In this document: piece by piece, positions 1 to 11,246 of the stretch
Numbering within the stretch: position 1 is the stretch's first letter
Layout: each line of letters starts with the position of its first letter
DNA from: Octopus bimaculoides
Lineage: Eukaryota
NCBI RefSeq assembly: GCF_001194135.2
Contig: NC_069007.1
Span: forward strand, 12,765,909 to 12,829,908
Direction: 5' to 3'
Length of the DNA: 64,000 nt
Notes under the pieces: model-generated
What the model saw: only the letters and a program-made list of their open reading frames with translations
Database searches by the model: none
Told to the model about the DNA's origin: nothing
Program-made: the position numbers and the translations under genes

Positions 1-320
1 GTCACTTACTCTAACGACCTCGATTACCTTATCCACCCATTTCTCCGCTAGAAGTATTCCTACGCCCCCGACCCCGTCAGTGTTCCCTGCCCAGAAAATC
101 TTGTACCTGTGTTCTTTGCCTGTGAGGAACCTTGCAGAACCTCCTCTCCATCTTACTTCCTGGATGCAGCACATATCTACGCATCTCCGTTCAAGCATCT
201 CAACAATTTCACCAGATCTACCTTTCAGCGTGCCGACGTTGAGAGTGCCAATCCTAACAGTATGGGTGTTGGGGGTGTGGGCCTGTAGCCTGGGAAGAGG
301 AAAAGCAGTGTCGTGTACCT
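1..320 (-). mobile_element. 5' part of an RTE-clade LINE (AP endonuclease ORF) running off the window start
   Basis: Stop-free frame 258->1: VRIGTLNVGTLKGRSGEIVEMLERRCVDMCCIQEVRWRGGSARFLTGKEHRYKIFWAGNTDGVGGVGILLAEKWVDKVIEVVRVSD, with TLNV, QE.RW and GVGILL motifs of the RTE endonuclease. CpG-rich. Confidence 0.88.
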
Positions 321-644
321 GAAAATATATATATATATTTATATACGACAGGATTCTTTCAGTTTCTCTCTACCAAATCCAAATCCATTTACAAGGATTT
401 GGTCAGTCCAAGGTTATAGTAAAAGACACTTGCCGAAGGTGCCACACAGTGGGACTGAACCCGCAACTATGTGGTTGGAAAGCAAGCTTCTTACCACACA
501 GCCGTGCCTGTGCATTTTTAACACGTCTATAAAGATGACCATGACAGCCTCTGGCTTTTCTATGATATAAATACGCCAGGTCAGTTGTATAAAGATTTTA
601 ATCTAGAGTGGCTTCTACTGCATAATATATATGTATGTGCATGT

Positions 645-707
<63 letters not shown>

Positions 708-713
708 CACTTC

Positions 714-790
714 ATTAAAAAGCAGCAGAAATATCACAAAAACTGTTACTTAGAGTAACAGTTTTTGTGATATTTCTGCTGCTTTTTAAT
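714..790. repeat. Perfect 37-bp inverted repeat with a 3-nt loop
   Basis: 714-750 is the exact reverse complement of 754-790. Confidence 0.95.
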
Positions 791-863
791 AAAGCATATT
801 ACTCTACCTCTGGTATTTGAGTACCATTTTTTCCACCTTGTTTCGCATTTATGTGCTTACTCC

Positions 864-908
<45 letters not shown>

Positions 909-980
909 GGAGTTGGAATTTGATGGACATAAAGCAGTACATAAGCCAACTCAAGAAATCTCTAGTGAGACTTTCTATTG

Positions 981-1030
981 ATGCACCTGAAGAGACCCAG
1001 AATAGGTTGAAACATGTTGTACCCAATAAA
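981..1030 (+). ncRNA. Minimal Penelope-type hammerhead motif (partly degenerate) followed by AATAAA
   Basis: gcac CTGAAGA gacc-cagaata-ggtt GAAA CATGT T gtac..AATAAA. Palindromic ACATGT helix III, G.U at 10.1-11.1, one mismatch in helix I. Confidence 0.5.
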
Positions 1031-1886
1031 GTCTATTACACATTCCATCTATTTTATTAATACTGTTAGCCCAACTGCCACTACAAGGTTCCTGCAGTAA
1101 ATCTAAAGATAACAGGTAATCGAAACTGTGCTGGTGCTTTACTCTTCATCCATTTATACATATATTTATTGTATAGAGTCAAAAGTTTTGCAATATTTTG
1201 GTAACTTATTTGCTTTATTCTTCAAGTTACAACAAAAGCAACCAGCAGTCAAGCACTCAAAGTGGAGGCCATTGTATTGCACCCTATGAAGCCATCATGT
1301 ATATAGACACATGCACACACCAAGACACTCCTATATATCTTCATACATACACACATACTTATATACACATGTGCATTTACACATACAAAGCTCTCTCGTT
1401 CTCAAGGACAAGAGGATAGTCAACTGAGTTGGACTCCAATGTATGACAGGTATTTGCTTTTTATCAACTCCTGACAAACTTGAGCAGACGAGATTTGAAA
1501 TCAAAACACAGAGAGAGACATGAAACAGACATATGGAATAGAGTGTATACGCGTGTGTGTGTGTGTGTGTACAAGCCTTCATTTCACAAAACAACTGAGC
1601 TCTTCAGTAAATTAAAATTGATAAAGTGAGTACCAACTTGAAACATATACTGGAGTAGATTTGATTAACTAAAACCAGTACTCCAGTATGGCCAGTCTAA
1701 TGACTGAAACCAGGAGAAATAAATAAAAATAATACCATGTGACAAAGCAAACGGAGTGCTGTATAATGAAAATAAATGGAATGATCATGATTGGCATACT
1801 TTTGACCATAAGTTTGTTCAACCAGAGCTGACCTGGGGCTAAACAGTAACAATTGATAAAAAGTGAAGGGAAGTCGAAGAACTTAC

Positions 1887-1989
1887 TGTCAGTTTTGGCT
1901 CTGACAAAATTCTCCCATTCCTTAAACCATGCCATGCTGATGGCATAAATGATGCTGGGATCTTCTTCAGCTCGGAACTTGTTATGGAG
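1887..1989 (-). CDS. USP20: USP20 exon 20, DUSP2 ([34 protein letters not shown])
   Basis: ttaccag acceptor, gtaagt donor, 103 nt. The expected next exon (PPGPIDN...) is not found in 1-1886. Confidence 0.94.
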
Positions 1990-4900
1990 CTGGTAATTAG
2001 ATAAAGAAAAAAAAACAGTTAAGAAAACATGTAATAAATACAAACATTGTAAGTTCAATTCACACCAACCTACTTCTTTGTCTACGATTATCAAGAATAA
2101 CTTTAGATTTGGGCATTGAGGCTTTTTACCCATCATCATAAATTGTCTCTCTCAGCTTCTCTCTTGTGTACAAGGTGGTATCAAAAAGCACCTGGACTAG
2201 TTCGGTAGCACACCAACAAATGGCAGCACATAGTTGTATGTGCAGCGAGAGCTAACAGTGACCTTCATGTAGCAGTGCACTGAGTGTGTTTACTTCTCAA
2301 GTTACAAAATATGTTTTTGTGATCACATGATGATGATGATGATGTATGCTGTAGTCCGTTGTTTTGTCATGGACAGGAACAAAGAACCAACGAGCATGCT
2401 TGGGCATTGAGCATACTTACAACAAGGCAATGGGTTGTATGCAACGTTTCGAGCAGTACAGGCACTTCAGTAGTGGAAGAGTGTCCCTGGAAGACAACAA
2501 GCAATCTGGAAGACCAGCCACCCCTGGAAATGTGGTACTGTGCATCAAAAATTTGTACCCCAGGGCTAAACCATCAATTGAGAGTTCTACTCAGTTGAAG
2601 TGTTTGAGGAAGGACATTCAGTGAAAAAAATTAAATCAACCAAGAAAACAATATTTTTGGTGGTTAGTTATGTTAGATGGAAGAAAAGATTGGTTAGTGA
2701 TGCAGGAGAATATCTATTTACCTTGACAAAGGAGGCTATTTCTTCATTTTGTCTGATCTTTAGTTTTTCCAGCTGAGCTTCACAAGTCTTGCAATGTATG
2801 AGGTGTGTACAGGCAGGACCACCACCAAATCTGAAATGAGAAAAGAAACAAACCAATTAAGGAACTTCCACACTGTCAACCTTTTCTATTAGACATAACA
2901 GCCAAATATCCTTCAAATGACACCATCCCTACTTCTTTAAAAAAAGAAGTACACATTGGATAATGCATACTTCAATACACAATGTCTGGATGGCCATGGT
3001 TGGAAATCTTTTACAATAGTTATGGTTTATCATCATCATTAATATCCTAACAGGACATAAGGAGCAATACCAACATACCTGTCATGCAAATACTGCCAGA
3101 CTGGTTGGCTCAGAAGAACCACAAGATTCTCAACATAACCAATTTTGGATGGAGGTACACCTACAAATTAAAAGGAAAAAAAAAATATTGCTTTACATGA
3201 TTTCTTTCTTTCTTTTTTTTGTGCTGGCATCTTCTGGACACTTATCACCATCAGCATCTCACCATTCAACACAATCATTTTGTTATCAAAGTGATGGAGC
3301 TGGCAGAATTGTTAACATGCTGGATAAAATGATTGGAAGGATTTCTTCTGGGTCTTTACGTTCTGAGTTCAAATTCCGCCAAGATCAACTTTGCCTTTCA
3401 TGCTTTCATTGCTGATAAAATAAGTACCAGCTGAACACTAGGGTCAATGTAGACCTAGTGCAAATACAAGTAGAATATGGGAACTGGTATTAAGGAAGGA
3501 TACAAAAATATTAAGTTTATAATCCCTGAAATTCACTCTATAATTGCCCACGGGCATATAGCGTAGTGGTTAAGAGCGTGGGCTACTAACCTCAAGATTT
3601 TGAGTTCAATTCCTTGAATGAGTAATAATAATAATATCAAAAAATTACTTTGGGAATGAGAACCCAGGTTTGGGTCCAAAATTCCACCTGGACACCTGAT
3701 GAAAACTGGAGAGTAAATTAGCCGAAACGTTGTGGTAAGAACAAACAAGATGAGGACACATCCGTCCAATGTAAATAATATGACTTACCCACTCCCCCAC
3801 AAAATTGCTGGCATTGTGACTCATTTTGAAACCATTATTATTATATACACTGTTTACATTAGTCAGGGTGGTGGCCTCATCTTCATGGTTGCTTTTCACC
3901 ACGTTTCAACTCCAATCTTCTCCATGTGTCCTGTGATTCACCTTAGTGCCTTGCCTGGGATTGAACTCAGAACCCGTAGATGACTGCACTGCATTAAACA
4001 ATTTTATCTACTAAGCCACACCTGCAGGCAGTGATTGAGTGAATTTTTTAGGCTTACAAACCTCCACTGATGTTTTATACCAGCCCCTGTACAGACTAGA
4101 TACTACAATTCTATAATTAGAACTGTTGTTGTTGTTGTTATTGTGGAGGCGCAATGGCTCAGCGGTTAGGGCAGCAGGCTTGTGGTCATAGGATTGCAGT
4201 TTCGATTCTCAGAGCAGGTGTTGTGAGTATCTATTGAGTGAAAACACCTAAAGCTCTACGAGGCTCCAGCAGGACGTGGTGGTGAACCCTGCTGTACTCT
4301 TTCACCACAACTTTCTCTCACTCTTCCTTCCTGTTTTCTGTTGTGCCTGTATTTCAAAGGGGCCAACCTTGACACACTGTGTGTCATACTGAATCTCCTT
4401 GAGAGCTACATTAAGGATACACCGATCGGTGGAGTGCTCAGCCACTTGCATGTTAATTTCATGAGCAGGCTGTTCCACTGATCGGATCAACTGGAACCCT
4501 CGATGTCGTAACGAACAGAATGCCACAATGTTATTACTATTATTAAGTCGGTGAGCTGGCAGAATCGTTAGCATGCCGGACGAAATGCCACTATTTTCTA
4601 AGTTCAAGTTCTGCTGAGGTCAACTTTGCCTTTCAAACTTTTGGGGTTAATAAATTAAGCNNNNNNNNNNNNNNNNNNNNNNNNNNNNNNNNNNNNNNNN
4701 NNNNNNNNNNNNNNNNNNNNNNNNNNNNNNNNNNNNNNNNNNNNNNNNNNNNNNNNNNNNNNNNNNNNNNNNNNNNNNNNNNNNNNNNNNNNNNNNNNNN
4801 NNNNNNNNNNNNNNNNNNNNNNNNNNNNNNNNNNNNNNNNNNNNNNNNNNNNNNNNNNNNNNNNNNNNNNNNNNNNNNNNNNNNNNNNNNNNNNNNNNNN

Positions 4901-7526
4901 NNNNNNNNNNNNNNNNNNNNNNNNNNNNNNNNNNNNNNNNNNNNNNNNNNNNNNNNNNNNNNNNNNNNNNNNNNNNNNNNNNNNNNNNNNNNNNNNNNNN
5001 NNNNNNNNNNNNNNNNNNNNNNNNNNNNNNNNNNNNNNNNNNNNNNNNNNNNNNNNNNNNNNNNNNNNNNNNNNNNTTTGACTGGTATTTTATTTTATTC
5101 ACTCCAAAAGGATGGAAAGCAAAGTTGACCCAAGCAGGATTCAAACTATAAACATCAGGGGACATCATCATCATCACCGTTTAACGTCCGCTTTCCATGC
5201 TAGCATGGGTTGGACGATTTGACTGAGGACTGGTGAAACCGGATGGCAACACCAGGCTCCAATCTGATTTGGCAGAGTTTCTGCAGCTGGATGCCCTTCC
5301 TAACGCCAACCACTCAGAGTATAGTGGGTGCTTTTACGTGTCACCCGCACGACTAAAAGACATCTTTGTCTGATGCTCTACCAATTCTGCTAAAGTGATG
5401 TCCCCCATGTTTACACAAGGAAACAAATGTAGAAGGAACAACAATCAGGGTCCATGAAACAAAATAGTAAATTGGAGATCCCCAATAGTACTTTAAGGGC
5501 CCCTGAAAAAATTTTGCTTTGAATGTATATATTTGGTATGTATTGCAAGAAACAGCTGGGTTTCTTTCTCTAGCTTCTGTAGGTTGAACTATGTAAAATG
5601 TTAATGTGTGAAAAACAAAATAGGAATTATGAAAGAATTTTCTATAAAACTAGTTTTTAAATATAAAATGATGGAAGGGGTCTACCAGAATAAAATAGTA
5701 ATCAAAGGGGTCCACAGATAAAAAATGGTTGAGAACTCCTGGTCTAAATGAAGAGACTAAGACCAAAACATTCATAGACCCTCTAAGAATGACCAGTGAC
5801 AGAGATTTAGTTGGGGTTTCTATTGAACAGCTGAAAATGACCCCAGTATTTGACTTGATTTTATATCAACTGTGGAAAGATTAAAAGACAAAGTTGACCT
5901 CAGTGAGATTTGAACTCGGAATATACAGATCCCTGACTAAATACAGCAATTCTGCTAATCCACCATGCTTAACTCGACACATTGATAACTGTTTCAAATT
6001 TTGCCAGAAGGGCAGCAATTTTGGGGGAGGGGAGGAGTTGATTACATCAACCCCAGTGTTCAACTGGTACTTATTTTATTAATCCTGGAAAGATGACAGG
6101 TAAAGTCGACCTTGGCGGAATTTGAACTCAGAACATAGTGACAGGAGAAATACCACTAAGCATTTCACTCGGCTTGCTAACGATTCTGCCAGCTCACCGC
6201 CACTCAACACATTGATAATAATAAAAAGAATCCAATCAAGAAAACAGTTTAATTTCCATAGTGGACCCGGAACATTAAAGAGTTTCCATTTGATAACGAC
6301 CCCCCCCTACATAACCAATGTTGACACACCCTTGACCAACTCCGGTACTTAAACTATTTTATGCCCTTTAAGCGTTCAGATTACTCTGTTGAACATGATG
6401 TTTATTTATTCCCATTCTTTTGAATTAATCATGTATTATCTCATATCTTTGAGATTTCGATGGTGTGACTGTTTGTTTTTAGAATGGCATTGTAGAGTAG
6501 GTGTGACAGGCCAGATCTGGTTGGTTTGAACATAAAACAGGGAGAGTATTTGGACTGGATATGGCTGGTTTAAATGTTAAAGGGTTAAAAATCAAACCCA
6601 TATGATTATATTAGGGTAGTTACCCCTATTTCCAGCTGTCCCTCATAAAAATGAAATATGAATATTAAAATTTGGTTTGTTATTTGCATTCATTTATGTA
6701 TCTTAAGAGCCTACCTTGCTTTCATGCTCTTGCCCGCCAGGCATTCAGAGAAGCTCAGTGGAAACAAATGCTTGACCAATGCTTGGTCAAGCTACCTCGA
6801 GGTCAAACATACCTGGCTATGAAGTAGTTGTATGCTGTCAACTTAATGTGACAGTCCCCTGAAGGGAATAATACTACTGTTAGTAAGACCTAGGAAATTT
6901 GAAATACCTGGCTATATTGAAACAACAGCCAGCAAGAGCAGATAGCATAGGTTGAGATTTACAGAACAATAAATATAATTAAAAATAAATTTAAAAAAAA
7001 ACAAATAAGAAATTATTAAAAAAAAAAGCAAACAAAATAAAAATAAGCACTGAATTGACTGACCTCCATGAGAGCAAAGAAAGTCCTGATTGGTGATTGG
7101 CCCCGGTTCAGCAAACGTATTAAACCGATTTATCCATTGTTTGGACACANNNNNNNNNNNNNNNNNNNNNNNNNNNNNNNNNNNNNNNNNNNNNNNNNNN
7201 NNNNNNNNNNNNNNNNNNNNNNNNNNNNNNNNNNNNNNNNNNNNNNNNNNNNNNNNNNNNNNNNNNNNNNNNNNNNNNNNNNNNNNNNNNNNNNNNNNNN
7301 NNNNNNNNNNNNNNNNNNNNNNNNNNNNNNNNNNNNNNNNNNNNNNNNNNNNNNNNNNNNNNNNNNNNNNNNNNNNNNNNNNNNNNNNNNNNNNNNNNNN
7401 NNNNNNNNNNNNNNNNNNNNNNNNNNNNNNNNNNNNNNNNNNNNNNNNNNNNNNNNNNNNNNNNNNNNNNNNNNNNNNNNNNNNNNNNNNNNNNNNNNNN
7501 NNNNNNNNNNNNNNNNNNNNNNNNNN

Positions 7527-7564
<38 letters not shown>

Positions 7565-9153
7565 ATTGAATAAATGGAGTTATACGCATGTGTTAAATAA
7601 TTCCTTTTATTTCCGACATATGTTTCGAAGATTACAATTGGTTCATTCCAAAGGAATGAATGATGTCGAGAAAGATGTAATCTACTGTATTTCCCTGAAG
7701 AGAAGATTAAATCTTTCTCAACATCATTCATTCCCTTGGAATGAATCAATTGTAATCTCTGAAACATATGTCTGAAATAAAAGGAATCGTTTAACACATG
7801 TGTATAACTCCATTTATTCAATCTTATATTTATTCAAAATACCTCAAATTAACAGGGAGTTTCTACCTCATAAACAGGAGTTACATCCAATTATTTTGTG
7901 TACTTTGCTACTCTGGTAACTATTCACCAATTTATTTTGTCAGAATTAATTGTTTACTAAGAGAAAATAAATACATATAATTATAGACAGTAGAATGCAA
8001 TACAGGAGAGATTTGGATGTTATTTCTAGAAAGTAGAATGACCAAAAACAGGTCCTCTGAAGGTTTATTCCTGAGGGTGCTTTTTTTTTAATGTTTATAT
8101 TTGTGCTTAATAAATAATTTGTGCTTCACTAGAACAAATGTGAAAGGAAACACACACATACACATATATATAAAGAACAAAAATGAATGCTGATGAATAA
8201 ATTGATTACATCATGATAGAAACTGTTTCTTTCAAGTGAATTAAAAACTTGGTTTGGAAAATATCAAGATGTGGAATGGGTGTTGACCCTCTTATTTTGG
8301 CAGATCCCTATGTTGTATCTGGAACTCACAGTGGATTGTGAAATTGCCTACCAGCCTGCATGTGTATATAATTTCATATACATGTATACTTATATGGATG
8401 TGTGTAATGATTTATTCATGTACATGTATGTGTAAGTGCTAACAGATGTCTGTATACACATGAATGTCAGTATACAGTATATATATGGCTATGCTAATCT
8501 TGACTGATTATATGTCCTTACTTTTAAAATACCTTGAATCAAATGAATCAAAGTTATTGGACGAAGTACTGAAGGACGACCTGAGGGCACTGAACTTTTC
8601 AGACGAGATGACAAAGGACTGAGATACCAAGCCCCCTGCTGTACTCAAGAAGACCCATACTCCAGAGTAGAAGTGTCAAGGCCACCCCACTCCACTACTC
8701 CAGTACAGAGGATTGGCCTGCAAGAGTCCTGTGCTGGTGCCACATAAAGAGTACTCGTGCTGGTGCCACGTATAAGCACTTGTGCAGTGCCATGTAAAAG
8801 CATCCGGCAGACTCCGTAAAGTGGTTAGTGTTAGGAAGTGCATCAAGCCATAGAAACCAGCCAAAACAGACCTCACCAGCTAGTGCTGCATAGAAAGCAC
8901 TTGGTCCACACTGCAAAATGGTTGGTATTTGGAAGGGCATCCAGCAACAAAAACAAACCCCAAACAAGCTGTGCTGGTGCCATGCAAAAAAGCACTCAGT
9001 CCACCCTGTAAGGTGGTTGGTGTTAGGAAGGGCATCCAGCCATGAAAACAATGCTAAAACAGACAGTGAAGCCTGGTGCAGCTCTCTTGCTTGCCAGCCC
9101 TGGTCAAACCATCCAACCCATGCCAGCATGGACAACAGATGTAAAATGATGAT

Positions 9154-9190
<37 letters not shown>

Positions 9191-9489
9191 CACACACACA
9201 CACACACGAAGGTGCATGGCTCAGTGGTAAGGATGTTGCACTCAGGATTTCAAGATCATGGGTTCAATTCCCAGACCGGGCATTGCGTTGTGTTCTTGAG
9301 CAAAGCACTTCATTTCCTGTTGCTCTGCGATCATTTTGTCATCTGACATGTGGCACCCATTGCACCTGTACAAGTAATGTCGATTTGATTGGGGAGTGGG
9401 GAGTGACCTTATGTCTACACAAACAAATCATTTGTGTGGTTGTTCAATAATAGTGGAACCCTCATATGTCATCTAACAATGGGAGAGTT

Positions 9490-9528
<39 letters not shown>

Positions 9529-11208
9529 GAAGAAAAGCAACAAAAATTCAATAGGTTATAGCAGTACGTACGTTTCGTACAAACTTCATTTATTTATGTA
9601 GTGAGAACACTACATAAAATGTGCAATGAAAATGTACTCCTCAGCTGCATAATGGAATTTCATTTTAGAAAGTCATTTTGTAGATGTGTGCAAAAAACAA
9701 GAGTAAGAGAAGAAAAAATACCATCTTGACTGTGCTGCCATTCAACAGTCTTGATTTTGTTTTTGGTTTTTACCCTACCAAATTCTGGTGCCTCAAACAT
9801 TTTAAGAACCACATTATACACACATATATATACACATATATATATATATATATATTGTTTAGACATTGGAGTAGGATGTGATGCTCCAGCCAGTTGGATC
9901 CCGTCACACCATCCAACCAATTCCAACATGAAAAGCGACCATAAAGTGACGATAATGATGGTATGGAGTTATGCCTGTTGGCAAATGATCCCATGGCGTT
10001 ATACGTTTGCTTCAAGGAAGGTCCGGAATCAAAACAAAAACTTACTTCACGCTCCTCCATCAAAGCCATTGCACTCTCCCTCATCGGTAACATATGTTCA
10101 TTTTGTTTCCTGGTTGAAAAGGAAAGAAATACAGAAATAAATATCTGACATAAAAAAAAAAAAATTAAAAAAACAANNNNNNNNNNAAAAAAAAAAAAAA
10201 TTAAAAAAACAAATAAAAACAAAACAAGTAGAAAATGTTCTAAATTCAAACCCTGCTGATGTCAACTTGTTTGTCTTTTATCCTTCCTGAGGTTGAGAAA
10301 ACAACTGTAACTGGTTGAAGCACAAAGCAAGCAATTTTGAAGGGATGGGGTTAGTCAATGCCACCAACCCCAGGGAGGTGAAAGGCAAAGTTTACCTCAG
10401 CAGAATTGAAATCAGAACATAAAGAATCATAATAAATACTACAAAGTGTTTCCATCTGATGCTCTACCGGTTTGGCCAGTTCACTGTTAGAGATTGATCC
10501 TACAATAGAGACCAGTGAAGTACCAAGTTGATCTAACGGTCTTTGCCACTGTGGCCTTGTCCCTGTGTTGAAAATCCATGCTAAGGAGATTTGGCACAGG
10601 TTGTGTTTGTGTTGATTCTATCAAGTGAAGGATTCTAGTACTGAAGAACCTATTTACCAATCAGGTCAAAGGTTAAATTAGTATGAAACAAGAGAACCTA
10701 AGGAAAAAATTAATTATCAGCATCAGCAAATGATGATGATGATAATCATCATCATCCCCATTTAGCATGTTTTCTGTGATGGTATACTCTAATCACTATA
10801 CCATGCACCTTCACACACACAAACACACACGATGGGATTCTTTCAGTTTCTATCTACTAAATCCACTCACAAGACTTTTGTTGATTCAGAGATATAGTAG
10901 AAAACACTTGCCCAAGGTGCCATGCAGTGGGACTCAATCTACAACCATGTGATTGAGAAGCAAGGTATATATATATATGTACATATATATTACAAAGGGG
11001 GTGTTGAAAAGTTCCTACCTCTGGGTAAAAGAAAGTACAGGAGGATCAGTTAATTATGATTTTATTCAACATATTCCCCTTTCAGATTCATACAGTTATT
11101 GCAGCAGTCCTTCAGTTTTTCTAAGCCCTGTAAATAAACTTAGAAAGTTGGGCCCCCAACCAGGTCTTTCACGATACCCTTAAAGCCAGGAACTTTTCAC
11201 ACCCCTCA

Positions 11209-11246
<38 letters not shown>

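Noticed and set aside
3552-3623. tRNA gene (and other tRNA-like heads, e.g. ~4145-4215, ~9210-9275)
   Set aside because: Acceptor and anticodon stems are imperfect and the sequence continues into repeat bodies; these are SINE heads.
5219-5245. CTGAGGA-ctggt-GAAAC in the RTE-tail family as a hammerhead (also at ~26268, and on the minus strand at ~42950, ~48425, ~49605)
   Set aside because: The 5-nt spacer cannot form helix II (C/T at 10.1/11.1), and no helix I or III partners were found.
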